A DNA stretch of 64,000 bases, taken from assembly GCF_001194135.2 (NCBI RefSeq), contig NC_068992.1, forward strand, positions 61,046,289 through 61,110,288, read 5' to 3'. Shown here piece after piece: positions 24,921 through 38,379 of the stretch. Positions within the stretch are counted from its first letter, which is position 1. Each line of letters starts with the position of its first letter. The stretch is from Octopus bimaculoides. Its lineage: Eukaryota. Below the pieces are notes generated by a model. The model made no database searches. It was given only the letters and a program-made list of their open reading frames with translations, and was not told where the DNA came from. A program made the position numbers and the translations under genes.

Positions 24921-25153
24921 ATCTTTCTTTTCCTGTTTTATATTTATCATTCTGTGTTTTTTTTGTGTGTGTGTATGGTTCTCTTGATTATTTTCTGTCA
25001 TTATCTCATTTTTTATCCCCACTTCAGCTCACTTGAGCCACCCCATCGTCTGTTCTTTATATCTGTCACTCACTCTATGCAATTTATTTCTCAAACACCT
25101 TTGCACCATGCTTGTCTCTCTCTCTCTCTCTCTCTTTCTCCCTCTTTCTCTCT

Positions 25154-25184
<31 letters not shown>

Positions 25185-25881
25185 CCTGTCTCTCTATGTG
25201 CCTCTCTCTATCTGTCTGTCTGTCTCTCCCTCTTTCAATTCATGCTCCTTTACCCACCCTCTGAATGTTTACCACTCCCCCCCCTCTCTCTCTCCCCACT
25301 TTTAAACCCATATCACTCTTTGCTTCTCTTTGCTGTTTGCCTCTTCCTTCTCTCGCTCTCAAAGATCGTTTCTCTTCATACCTCAGATCGTCATTCAATG
25401 TTGACAGCATCAGTCATGCTTTAGGATTGTAATTCCACGCATTTGCTGACAAACCCTGCTACGCATGCACACACAGTCTATTCAAATAAGAAAATGCAAC
25501 AAAACTCAGTGATATTAACCTATTATGTCGCCACCACCATCATCATCATCAACAATAGCAGCAATGTAGAAGAAAATAAGGGTTCTCTAGATTTATCTCC
25601 TTCTATTGTCCCCTGACCTAATAAAATTCCATTGCAGTCAAATTTCATCGGAACCTCTTCAAGAATGGTTGATGATTCACACATTCTTTTATCTTTTCCT
25701 CACCTACTCTCTTTCTCTCTTGTTGCATAAGTGTGTTTCATTTAACAAATATGAACCTCTCCATTCTTCTATCTTTTCCTCCTGTGGTTCCTTGTTCCCG
25801 ACAATTTCCCAGTTCCATTCATCTTATTTGACCCATGCATTCTCCAGGAATATTTTGGACAGCAATTTTCAAAGGAATTCC

Positions 25882-25924
<43 letters not shown>

Positions 25925-25928
25925 AATA

Positions 25929-26597
25929 GGCGCAGGATTGGCTGTGTGGTAACTAGCTTGCTTACCAACCACATGGTTCCGGGTTCATTCCCACTGCGTG
26001 GCACCTTGGGCAAATGTCTTCTACTATAGCCTCGGGCCGACCAAAGCCTTGTGAGTGGATTTGGTAGACGGAAACTGAAAGAAGCCCGTCGTATATATGT
26101 GTATGTATGTGTGTGTGTGTGTATCCCCAGCATCGCTTGACAACCGATGGTGGTGTGTTTACGTCCCCGTAACTTAGCAGTTCAGCAAAAGAGACCGATA
26201 GAATAAGTACTAGGCTTCCAAAGAATAAGTCCTGGGGTCGATTTGCTCGACTAAAAGGCGGTGCTCTNNNNNNNNNNCTGCGTGGCACCTTGGGCAAATG
26301 TCTTCTACTATAGCCTCGGGCCGACCAAAGCCTTGTGAGTGGATTTGGTAGACGGAAACTGAAAGAAGCCCGTCGTATATATGTGTATGTATGTGTGTGT
26401 GTGTGTATCCCCAGCATCGCTTGACAACCGATGGTGGTGTGTTTACGTCCCCGTAACTTAGCAGTTCAGCAAAAGAGACCGATAGAATAAGTACTAGGCT
26501 TCCAAAGAATAAGTCCTGGGGTCGATTTGCTCGACTAAAAGGCGGTGCTCTAGCATGGCCGCAGTCAAATGACTGAAACAAGTAAAAGAATAAAAGA
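25929..26597 (+). mobile_element. Near-intact SINE-A (tRNA-derived head, CORE-like ccttgggcaa segment), duplicated across a 10-N gap
   Basis: ggcgcagg..tggctgtgtggtaa (A-box-like), gggttcattccc (B-box-like), internal (TG)n, aaaagaataaaaga tail. Octopus tRNA-derived SINEs (OK, OR1, OR2) are known; I cannot assign which. Confidence 0.9.
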
Positions 26598-27097
26598 AAG
26601 TGTTTTTTTTTTGTGTGTGTTTGTGTATGCATGTATATATATATATATATATATATATATTGTGTGCACACACATTTGTATGGGTATGTGTATATGTGAA
26701 TATGTGTGTGTATATGTATTATGTGTGTCTATGCATACACACACATACAATCAGGATGCGTACTTTTATTTCACTTGCAAAATCACCATCATCCTCATCA
26801 TCTTATATCCATCACAGTCCTTTGTCATCTGGTACACAAAGAAAATTGCCAGTTTCTATGTATTATGATTTTTATTTATTTCATGCATGTATGTATACAT
26901 ATAGGTATTATATAATGTATATAAATGATTGGCTGTGTGTGTATGTGGTGGATAATGTTTACTAGGTGAATATGGAAGTTATTATGTATAAAGCTTTTGA
27001 TTCAGCAGTAGTTTTTACTTGAATATCCAACTTAATGGATGTCCATGAGAATCACAGTTCAATTTTTGAAATTGATACAAAAAATCTCAATCATGTG

Positions 27098-27135
<38 letters not shown>

Positions 27136-27237
27136 TTCATCCATATATACATGATATGGTAATAGTTGAAACAAAGTAAAGAAACAGCACTCAATACCAT
27201 GAAGTAGAGTATTTATATTTAATTTGGTTGACTGAAA

Positions 27238-27356
27238 TTAATGTTGACAGCTTGTAGTTTCCTTGTGTAAAAAAATATTCCTTTTTGTGGAGAATAGTTC
27301 CATTTTCTGTTGCATTCTTCTCAACGTATCAGCTGCGTCACTTTGATTTTGAACAG
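27238..27356 (-). CDS. Candidate terminal exon xVQNQSDAADTLRRMQQKMELFSTKRNIFLHKETTSCQH*
   Basis: Strong acceptor gtctatattttcag; 38 open codons in unique sequence; no homology recognised. Confidence 0.3.
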
Positions 27357-27664
27357 CTGAAAATATAGACTAATTTCTTTCTGTTATTGAGTGGAAAAAC
27401 AATCTCACTTAATAAAAAGCATTCAATTATATATATATATATATATATACGCACATATGTGTATATTTGTAAGTATCTTTTTTATATACATACACATCTC
27501 CTTCTACATATATCTATATAATCTCTCTCTCTCTCTCTCTCTCCAAACACACACACACTGATACTAAATATTTACAGTAATATCCAATCCTTGCTTCTAC
27601 TGGGGTGCTAAATGTAAAAACTTAAAAAGGAATAATTTTACTACTACTACTATTACTACAACTA

Positions 27665-27725
<61 letters not shown>

Positions 27726-28307
27726 GTTATTGCTGCTGTTCAAATAATGGAGTGTGATTTGGAGCTGTTAATCTCATTTCTTTTGGAATTATTCCCAACT
27801 TTGTAAGCAAATTCTCATTTCAGTAGTGACCTGGTTTCACTTATCCATGCTTTCTTTTGTTATTGCCTATGTTTACCTTGTAGCAAGTAGTTAACTGTAT
27901 GAGCACCCATAAAATGAACTCCATAAACTGCCCAGACAGCTTGCTAGTTGGTAGTTTTTGTTAACAAGGTGATCTAATTAGTGTTTGGAGATGGTTGTAA
28001 TGAAAGTGTTGTGGGGGCAGGAATAGTTAGCCGTGCTATTAAGAAATTTGTTTTGTAGCTATGTGGTTTCCAGTTCAATCCAACTGTACAATACTTTGGG
28101 CAAGTTCCATTTGTTGTGACCTTGAGTCTGCTTATTGACCATCATAAACATGATTGTGTGGTCAGTTTTGTCATGTTTTAATCTCACATCCATTGTGTGT
28201 GTATAATCATTCATACACTCACGAGCACAGCTGAATGGTTAAGCTGTTTGCTTTGCAATTTTGAAGCCCCAGATTCAATCTTGATGCAGAATATTTTATA
28301 CTTTTTT

Positions 28308-29018
28308 TTTGTTTTTGTTTACCAGAGATGCTGCATGGCTGTGTGGTTAAGAAGCTCGCTTTGTAATCATGTAGTTTCAGGTTTGGTCCCACTGCATAGC
28401 ACCTTGGGCAAGTGTCTTCTATTATAGCCCTGAGCCAACCAGTGGGTTGTGAGTGAATTTGGTAGACACTATGTAGAAGCTTATCTTATATATGTATGTG
28501 TGTATTTGTGTTTGTCCGCCACCACTGCTTGAGAACCAATGTTGGTTTGTTTACATTGCTGCAACTTAGCAGTTTGGCAAAAGAGAGTATAGAATCAGTA
28601 TCAGACACTGAAATATCTACTGGCTTCAATATGTTCAACTAAACCAGGCCTGGCCAACTCGAATTACATTGTGGGTCACTTTAATCACTGAAAGGTTTTT
28701 GAGGGCCGCTTTTATACTGACAGAACTGAAAGCATTTTATTTTCTCACGCTATTATTACAATGAATGCATGGTCATTGATTCAACATGAAGTATTATCGT
28801 TGCAAAAACTGTAATATATTTAGTTTTTACTTTTCATCACAATCTTTAATTTTTGATAGAATTTTTTAAATGTTTGTTTAAATAAACCCATTTCAGGACA
28901 GTGCCAAGTGGGCCACATGTGGCTTGTGGGCCTCAAGTTGGCCAGCCCTGAACTAAGCCCTTCAAAACAGTGCCCCAGCATGGCTGTAATTGAATGACTG
29001 AAGCAACTGAAAGATAAA
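28308..29018 (+). mobile_element. SINE-A copy interrupted by a hAT MITE
   Basis: Family sequence resumes after 28950. Confidence 0.75.
28645..28950. mobile_element. hAT-type MITE, 306 bp
   Basis: TIRs CAGGCCTGGCCAACT / AGTTGGCCAGCCCTG (14/15); 8-bp TSD AACTAAAC / AACTAAGC (7/8). Confidence 0.85.
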
Positions 29019-29099
29019 AGAAGATAGCCTTTAGTTGACCTCACATGGTGACTAGAGAGTGGTGGGCCTGTGAGGATTCATAAAGGGGACAGACAAATG

Positions 29100-29700
29100 G
29101 CCATATTTAATAAAATTAAGATGCTTTCCCATGTTTTAAACTGGTCTAAGACCATTGTGAAAAAAGAAGAATTATATGGATGCAAACTCTTATTTTGTCT
29201 TCTATATAAAAAAAAGCAACCCCACAAAAAAACATTATGTTGAGGATAAGGAGTGAGGTGGAATTTCGCTAATATTTTTCAGTTTGAGAACTTCTGGTCT
29301 GTAGGTAAGAGGACAGTCACAAATAGAAAGTGGCTAAAATGGGGTTCCTCCAAAGCATCTCTGGGGTAATGTTATTTGACAAGGGGCATAGCTTGGAAAT
29401 CAGGGAATCTCTCGAGGTCAAGCTGCTATGTCTTTGCATTGAGAGTTCATGGCTCTGGTACTACAGACATGTGATAAAATGTTGTAACTAGCAGGAGGCC
29501 TAGGGGTAGATCAAGAAAAGATGGTTCTTGGTCAGGAACAAGATGGTTCAGTTGGTCAAACTTTGGAAAGTGTAAATACAGTTGCTTATAAGATCCTATG
29601 GAAGAGGTGTTTGAAAACTTTGACTCCATGACTTCCCCCACCTCCCCTGGGAATAGTGAGCAGAGAAAATGGATGGATGGACAGCTAGTGATCAGTGTAA
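29100..29700 (-). mobile_element. Degenerate Penelope-like RT fragment
   Basis: EPSFLDLPL...TTFYHMS resembles IPFLD...TSVYHKPT; decayed. Confidence 0.4.
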
Positions 29701-30161
29701 AAGTTGAGTAAAAAAAGCAAGGCATTGTGGTTAATGTTATTTACAGCTAACCATTGTCTTATTTTTAGCTGCTTACAACTAGATTTATTGGTAAACATCT
29801 GTTAAAAGGCAGTGGTGGTGGTAATGTCAGTGATGTTGTATTCAAAGAGCTTATTTAATGAGTGGTTACATTTTAATTAGCTCGTACTTAAAGTGCAACA
29901 AAAGAAACCACCACTACCATCACGAAAACAGCAACAAATAAAACTTAGGACTGTGAATTTTTTTTTTTTTTTTGTGGGTCAATGTAGAGTCATCTCTTTA
30001 GACTTGTGCCATTTCTACAGTTCCACTGACATTGATGTTGTTATCATAGAATGCTTTTTTACTTTACATGGTGCTGTTGTGACTAGAGAATTGTGAAGGG
30101 CGTCTTAGAAGAGCATTAATGACTTTCCTCCTCATCAGTTATCCTTGTGGCAAATAATGAA

Positions 30162-30199
<38 letters not shown>

Positions 30200-30425
30200 A
30201 GTGGTAAGTTGGTAGAATCGTTAGCTTGCCTGACAAAAATGCATAATGGCATTTTGTCTGTCCTTGTGATCTGAGTTCAAATTCCTCCAAGGTCAGCTTT
30301 ACTTTTCATCCTTTTGGAGCTGGAATACCAGTCAAATACTGAGCTCTATGTATTTGACTAGTTATCAGCTTGTAAGCTTTCAAGCCTTGTGCCTATAGAA
30401 GAAAGGATTATTATTATTATTATTA
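30200..30425 (+). mobile_element. SINE-B copy directly after an (ACT)n run
   Basis: Family motifs; ends gaaaggattattattattat. Confidence 0.8.
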
Positions 30426-30879
30426 TGGCTTGAATCCCGCCCCCTCCCCACTTCTGAATTTGATGTCATCAACTTACCCACTCCTCTCAGAATTGTTGGC
30501 ATTGTGCCAAAATTTGAAGCCATTAAAGGTACCAAGCTGAAGCGAGTAAAAAACAGAAGTTACATAGAAAAATATGAAACTTAGAAAATAGCATTGCAAG
30601 TGAGGAGAAATATCAATCATCTGTTGTGACAATAGTTTTGAAATATTGTGGAATTTGTATTCAGTCAATTGTGTGACTTTCTGAAATGTTAAAATTATTT
30701 GTGGTCAGGCAACAAGGAGAGGAAGATGTGTAGGTGTTCACATGTCCTGAAATGTGTTTTCCATTTTTCTACTTCAGCTCCGATGCTAAAATGAATGTTG
30801 TCATAGTAAATAAAATGTTGTCCTTTCAAGTATTAATAACAACATAAGGTAATAAAAACAGTGTGTTAATATCAAATAA

Positions 30880-30912
<33 letters not shown>

Positions 30913-31320
30913 CACATACATACATACATACATACATACATACATAAGGTATCTTCTACCTGTATAATGCTAATGTTTTGGGGTTTTCTTTTCCATATTA
31001 ATATAATTAATAAAGCCAAATATTTAATTATTTGTGGTTCAGGTTAGTGCAGTGCCTTGATCTTTCAGTTTTTCATTTATTTATTAGTAATGAAACCCCC
31101 TCTGATTCATTCTCCGTTTAGAATACATGTGAAGTGGTTCGTTAGTCCTCTATTAAAGGTATCTATTATTAAGCATGCATCATATATGTAAACGCACAAA
31201 CAGTTAATAACACATACATATATACAGTTGTGAGAATGTGGAAGATTTTTTTTTTTTAAGCTGGTTTGTTCAGTTTTTGTTTTCTTTATTGTTTATTTAG
31301 TTTACTATTTTGATTTAGTT

Positions 31321-31555
31321 TTAACTCATTTTCGATACCAACCTCTGTGTGACAACACATGATTCTATGTATGATGCACACTTCCTGATTTAAAGTGATT
31401 TAAACCGAAGTCGGCCATTGAAAATTTTATGTTAGTCCATGTTCTAAACACCAGCTTAATAATGACAGATATCTTACAAAATTCTTTATTGTCTTCAAAA
31501 TTAATTGAAACAAAAGCAGTGTAACTCAACATATATATGGTGACAAAAGGGTTAA
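31321..31555. mobile_element. TTAA-flanked MITE (piggyBac-like termini)
   Basis: TTAActcattttcgatacc...gacaaaagggTTAA; homologous copy at 58160-58386. Confidence 0.55.
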
Positions 31556-32364
31556 GTGCTATGTGTGATTTGGATATTGGTGAAAAGGAATGTATGAGAT
31601 TATGTATGTACCTGATTGTGTTGGGGAGGATGGAGAGAAGTATGGTATATATGTGTAGGATGTGTGTGTCTATTAGTTGGTGCAGTGAATTGTAGTGAGG
31701 ACATGTAGCCTAGTGGTTAGGATGTTGCACTCATAATCATGAAATTGTGGGTTCAATTTCCAGACTGGGTGGTACATTGTGTTCTTGAGCAAACCACTTC
31801 ATCTAGTGTTGCTGACTTCTGACTTCTACACTGTGCACCTGTACAGGTAATGTTGGTTCAATGGAGGGATTGAGTTTATATGCAGTACAAACATTTGATC
31901 CCTATAAACAAATCATTTGTGCTGGTTGTTCTGCAACAAAATGCAGAACTGTCTTTTTCAGGCTTGAAAGACTCACCACTTTAATAGTTAATTATGTGTA
32001 TAGATCTAGGTGAGTGTGTACACGTGTAAATATGAATGAAATGCACTGGGAGTGGTAGAGTTGGCTAATGGGACAATGCAATCAAATAATCCCACCTCAT
32101 ATACACATTCAAGCTCCACACCTATTCAAAATTTCTCCCTTCCTTTTATTGTTTTCTTGTGCGGGTGGCACATGAAATGCACCATTTTGAGCGTGACCGT
32201 TGCCAGTACCGCCTGACTGGCTTTCGTGTGGGAGACACGTAAAAGCACCCACTACGCTCTCTGATACCACTGTTCTCTGCTTGTCTCCCATCTGTGGCTA
32301 TAGTAGAGTATCTCCAAGATTTGAACTCTACTTTCAAGCTACATAAGATTCAAACCCATATAAA

Positions 32365-32560
32365 TAGTGTCTGTGTTTGTCCCTCCACCATCACTTGACA
32401 ACTGATCTTGATGTGTTTATGTCCCCTGTAACTTAGTGGTTCGGCAAAGAGACTGATAGAATAAGTACCAGGCTTACAAAGAATAAGTCCAGTGGTTGAT
32501 TTCTTTGGCTGAAAGGTAGTGCTCCAGCATGGCCACAGTCAAAATGACAAACAAAAGAAA
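32365..32560 (+). mobile_element. SINE-A 3' half
   Basis: Family motifs. Confidence 0.75.
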
Positions 32561-33129
32561 ATATATACATACACACACACACACATATACATACGAAAAA
32601 AACGAAAAACATTAGCATAACACAGGTAGAAGATATTTTATGTATGTATGTGTGCGTGTATGTATGTATATATATATATATAAACTCATACATACACACA
32701 TCTATGTACACACACTCACACACGTGTGTGTGTACGGACTATGTCACAGTTCTCTGGTTCAGCTTCAATCTGAAAACTCACGTTAATTGAAATACTAAAT
32801 GTTGTTTCTTTCAAGTTTAATATCAACAAAGGGCAATAAAAAAAAATAATATATTAAAAAATATATTAACGATATATAATATGCCTTTCTGCTCTGTCAT
32901 AACCTGTTTTTTAGGGAGCATCTACCTGGTTAATTTACGTACTAAGAATACCAACCATATACCCCTCAAATAACATCTTTCTATCAAAAAAAGGACACAT
33001 TGGATAATCTAGTTGTAGATAACTCTTAATTAGCTGAAATGCTTCAGTTCATAAGTCTACTTCAGCTGGTTTTAATCACATAACTGTGCCTATACATTAT
33101 ATTAATTTTAATTTTCACTTGTCTGTGCT

Positions 33130-33485
33130 TGTATGGGTCAGATGGCATTTGTTGAGGCAGATTTTCTATGGCTAGATGCCTTTCCTGTTGCCAACCTTTA
33201 CCCGTTTCCAAGTAGGGTAATTTTTCCCCATAACCAGACATGTTTTCACAGAAGATTGAAAGTGAAGGCTATCGCTTCCATGACTGTGACACTCATGACT
33301 GTTACTTGATGTCAAAGTAAGGAAACAGTAACACATGCACACATACATATACATATATGCAATGGACTTCTTTTAGTTTCTGTCTATCAAATCTATTGTA
33401 ACCCAAGATTATAGTAGAAGACACATGCCCAAGGTGCCACCATGCAGTGAAATTGAACCACAACCTTGTGGTTGGGAAACAAACT
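33130..33485 (-). mobile_element. Old SINE with A head and C-type 3' region
   Basis: Reverse of the 4340-4745 type. Confidence 0.65.
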
Positions 33486-34112
33486 TCTTATCTAAAACAA
33501 ATATTCATCTAACAAAACACCTGAAAGAAATATTTGTCATCAAAATGATAATGAATCTTTGTTGCAGATGATTTTGGGATTTCTTTTGTCTTTGTTCCAT
33601 ATAGTTACTATATAGTTAATGGTTTCATTGTTATAGTTCTCTTTCCCTCTCTAAAACCGCAAATAACTAAACAAAGCAAGAATTTTTTTTATTTTATTAA
33701 CTACAAGACTATATTTAGAGAATGGAGAGGTAGAATTGAAAAATCTGAAGGATCTTATTGTCATGTCTTCACCTTGTCCCAGCCCACCTTCCACACAATC
33801 ATTACATGGCATATGTTTATTATTCTCAGACATGTCACATCCCTGAAACATGCATCTTTAGGATTCACATGTGCTTATATTCCGAGCAGTCGAATCTCTT
33901 AATTTCCTTTTTGATTTCTCCTTTATTGAAACCTTCATTGCAATCAGAAGAAATGAGTTGGGGTTGTGTGTGTATGGAGTGGAGTGAAGAACTGTTATGA
34001 CTAATTTACAATTAAAAGTGAAGTTGTTCCAAATGGAACTTGAAACTAGGTTAAAAATTCACTTTATATTAGGGAAGCCTCTTACTACATCAAAAATGTA
34101 ATAATAGTAATA

Positions 34113-34215
34113 ATGAGCACTCAGAGAGTACAAACCTCCGCCCACGCAACACCAACGTCCTCTCAACGATTAACCGGAGATGATTTTTAAAATGAGAATA
34201 TCTGAAATAAAATCC
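34113..34215 (-). mobile_element. Second HINE copy (3' end only)
   Basis: gagcactcagagagtacaaacctccgcc...cctctcaacgatt..ggagatgatttttaaaatg matches 1039-1130; preceded by aataatagtaataat. Confidence 0.75.
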
Positions 34216-34585
34216 TTCAATGAATATCATGAGACCTTTTGGTTTTCTCTTCTCTTAAANNNNNNNNNNNNNNNNNNNNNNNNNNNNNNNNNNNNNNNNN
34301 NNNNNNNNNNNNNNNNNNNNNNNNNNNNNNNNNNNNNNNNNNNNNNNNNNNNNNNNNNNNNNNNNNNNNNNNNNNNNNNNNNNNNNNNNNNNNNNNNNNN
34401 NNNNNNNNNNNNNNNNNNNNNNNNNNNNNNNNNNNNNNNNNNNNNNNNNNNNNNNNNNNNNNNNNNNNNNNNNNNNNNNNNNNNNNNNNNNNNNNNNNNN
34501 NNNNNNNNNNNNNNNNNNNNNNNNNNNNNNNNNNNNNNNNNNNNNNNNNNNNNNNNNNNNNNNNNNNNNNNNNNNNNNNNNNNNN

Positions 34586-34626
<41 letters not shown>

Positions 34627-34630
<4 letters not shown>

Positions 34631-34800
34631 CCAGCCTTCATCAGGTGTCTTGGAGAAATTCCGAACCTGGGTTCGGCTGCACCTAGAAAATTTAAATATG
34701 GTAACGAAAGAGTTAAGGAAGCACCTCATAAGAAAATTTAAATATTGACAAACTCTAAATTGAAATAGGGTCATAATCTCAACTCATTTGGAGTTTTTAC
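34627..34800 (-). mobile_element. Penelope-like terminal-repeat fragment with a partial hammerhead motif
   Basis: Minus strand acacCTGATGAAGGCTGgaaggtatat then (AT)n and gap; CTGATGAAG+stem II is typical of PLE hammerheads; the GAAAC half is not visible. Confidence 0.5.
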
Positions 34801-35263
34801 AATGAAATAAGGTAGCTGGTGACAGTGGTGAGGGTGTGTGATAATAGACGCAGTCAAAATGTCAAATAGAGAAAATTCTTTCAGACATGAGTCTTAATAG
34901 AAAATATTTTATATCGGAATGCCACTACCGTCCAGTGTAAGCCACTCCACTCTGCACTACTCCTCTGCATTCCAGTCAACTTCAGCCACTGTTTGCTACC
35001 ACTCCATCTAACCAATCATACATCTCTACTCCATCACCACCACCACCACCACCACCATCTCAGAGGTTCGTCGGGGAATGCCAACTGAGTCATCTTGTTT
35101 CCATTGATTGATCAATAAAGCAGAGACTGATAACACAAGAAACATCAGTTGTTTGTTGTAGAAATATTTCCTCTTGCTGCACAGGAATGCATCCTCTTTG
35201 CATCTTGCATTACTAGCATCAATGAATGCAAGTAGTGAATATGATGGGGGGAAGTGTAGATGA

Positions 35264-35300
<37 letters not shown>

Positions 35301-36127
35301 ATGTAATGGCATTGGTTAATGGTGGTGGAGTTGTGGTGATGGTGGAATGTGGTAGTGAAGAGAGGATGGATGGATGGTAGGGTTTGTGGTGTATATGACA
35401 GCAGGTGTGGTAGTTGTAGTATGAGAATAATGGTTGTTGCTCTTTAGCCACAGGTTAATGTTGATTGAACAGAACTATGATCAAAGGCATTCCTGCCATG
35501 ACCATCCTATCTTTGATGAAATTTGTAGGACTATATTATGTAATGTGTCCTTTCCTTATTCAAAAGACTAGTGGTGTGGTTGTAGTCTGGTGGAAATGGT
35601 GAGTGTAGTGGTGTTGGTAGTTGTAGATTGATGGAGACGGTGGTGGTGGTGGTGGTAGTAGTAGTAAAGGTGTGTGGTGGTAGTAGCGATGGTGATGTGG
35701 TGTTAGTAGTGATTGATGATGGTGGAGGTAGTTGTAGTAGTAGTGGTCATAGGGTGGTGAAGACAGTGTTATCAGTAGTTATGTTATGGTGGTGGTGATG
35801 GTTGTAGTGTAGTGAAGACTTCTACCCCCTACCTTCACCTCAGTCATGATAGTGGCAGCATGATGGTAGACTGTCTGCTCTGATGGCTATGATAGATTGA
35901 GATACCTCTTCCTTTATACCATTCCTTTATAAAATAAGAAAAGGAACTAAAGCTGGAAAAAAAAAAACACTTGCTTCTGCCCCCTCTCCACACACACATC
36001 CCACTCTAGAGAGGAAGTGTAGCTGGTGGGGGGATGAGATAAGGGTAGGGTTAGGGTGGGGTTTTTTGATAGATTATTTGTTTTTGATTTTTGTTTTGTT
36101 TTTTTATGTATTTTTGTTCATTTGTCA

Positions 36128-36166
<39 letters not shown>

Positions 36167-36454
36167 CCAGCTGAAAGAAACCTTGTTTTAGCATTTCAAG
36201 TTGCCTTCAATGCCAGCCATAGTAGAGCAGGGGATAGACATAAAGGGAGGAAAAGGTAAATAAATCTGTGGGTGCCTTCATAGTCTTCCTCCTCAATTTT
36301 TAACCTAGCTTTCATATTTTTCTCATTTCCTTTTCTTGGCTCATGCCTTTGCTGGTCAGGGTAAATTTGGATCTGTAGGATTCCTTGATTGGCCCTTGTT
36401 GAATGCTTTGTGCTATCAGGAGAACTGCTTCAAACATACAAGTGTTTATATACT

Positions 36455-36835
36455 TTATTCTTTTATTCTTTTACTTGTTTCGGTCATTTGGCTCCTGCCA
36501 TGCTGGAGCACCGCATTAAATGGTTGTAATTAAAGAAACCGCCCCTAGAAGTTATTCTTTGTAAGTTTAGTAATTATTCTGTCTGTCACTTTTGCTGAAC
36601 TGCCAGGTTACAAGGGCATGAACACATCCAGCATTGGTTGTCAAGCAATGGTGGAAGGACAAACACAGACAAACACAGACATATACTCACATATATATAT
36701 ATATATATATATATAAATATGACAGACTTCTTTCAGTTTCCATTTACCAAATCCATTCATAAGGCTTTGGTCAACCCAAGGCTATAATAGAAGACACTTG
36801 CCCAAGGTGCCATACAGTGGGACTGAACCCAAATT
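36455..36835 (-). mobile_element. SINE-A copy
   Basis: Family motifs. Confidence 0.8.
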
Positions 36836-38379
36836 TTATTTCACCATCTTTTCCCTTCCTTTCCCCTCATGCTTTATGTAATCCATCCCACACAAATTGT
36901 AGGCTGTCCTTGTGATGTCCCCCTCATCTATGCCCTGTGGTGTATAAAAAAAAATCTTTATTTGTAAAGTTTGTTTATATTTTATTAATTTGTTTCATTT
37001 TTGTTTTATACATTCAATTTATTTGCAAAATGTATTTTTCATCTTTTATTTTATATTTATATTTGGTTCATTGGACTGTGATCAGGCTGGGGCCACGGTC
37101 CAATGACTGAAGGTTTAGTCAAATTGACTCCAGCATCTGGGGGTTTTTTTTTAAGTCTGGTAATTATTCTATTAGTTCCTTTTGTGCTTTTGTCAAACAA
37201 CTAATTTACGGGGGCCTTAAACTAACACCAATTTTCAAGTAAGATCGGGGACAAACAAATAGACACACACGCACTTCATCATCTTCCTGACACTTTGAAT
37301 TTATAAATGTTCTCTGTAAGATATTTTGTTTGAAAGCTTGTGAGTTGTTTATTTGATGTTAATTAAATTAAATAAAATTTATTATTTTCTTTTGGCTTTT
37401 GATTACCCATCATATATTGAAATAATTAAAATACATGGTAGATAAAACATTTTCTTTGCTCAGATGTAACAGCTCCAACTTTTTATCATGGACACTGGCT
37501 ATCCAACATACACTTGAAAAAAAGTAACCAACATGCACATACACAAATACACATGCATGAACACGTGTGTGCACAGACACACACACTCTCTCTCTCTCTC
37601 TCACTGATAGACAGACTTCTCTTGATTCCAAGTCAGTGATTACTTCAACAGAAATTAGATGATGTAAATACTCTTATGAAAGATGGCTATTCAAATGAAG
37701 TAAGACATGAAAAAAATGATTAGGCGTATAAGAGTATAAAGAAAAATTAAGGAGAAATGGAAATAAATATTGGATACAATGTTGTCCTCTGTCTTCTGTT
37801 CCTTCATCAACATCTTCGTTGTTTGTGTCAATTAAATATTTATTTTCCCTTACAGTTGCAGGCTTGACTATGTAATTAAGAAGCTTGCTTTGCAACCATG
37901 TAATTTTGAGTTCAGTCCCACTGCCTGGCATCTTGGGCAAGTTTCTTTTATTATAGCCCCTCACTGACCGATGTCCTGTGAATGAATACAGTAAATGGAA
38001 ACTGTATGAAGGCCCATTGTGTGTGTGTGTGTGTAATATATAGCTTTACATGGAAACAGGTAAGGGTTGGTGACAAGGGCATCAGGCTGTAGAAAATCTG
38101 CCTCAGTAAACTCCGTACAATCTATGCAAACAAAGAAAAGTGGACATGAAAGAAACGGTGAATGATAATGGTATATTTGAGATCAATTTTCTTTATTCAT
38201 TTATTCTACTTCGACAAAGTCCTAGCACTCTGCAGGGAAGGAATCACAATGGGTTGAAATTTGGGGGGAAGAAGGGCCAGAGTCAGAGCAGGGTGTAGAC
38301 TGAATAAGTACCTTATCCAGCTGTCTTTTCCAAAGGAACAAATTTTAGTTTTGGTATATTTACTTAGTTACCTTTTTTT

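Noticed and set aside
25929-26000. tRNA gene
   Set aside because: A- and B-box-like motifs are present but there is no cloverleaf, and it continues into the SINE body; the same applies to all other heads.
29745-29795. 22-nt microexon candidates
   Set aside because: Equally good splice pairs occur on both strands at the same spot, illustrating the chance rate in this AT-rich DNA.
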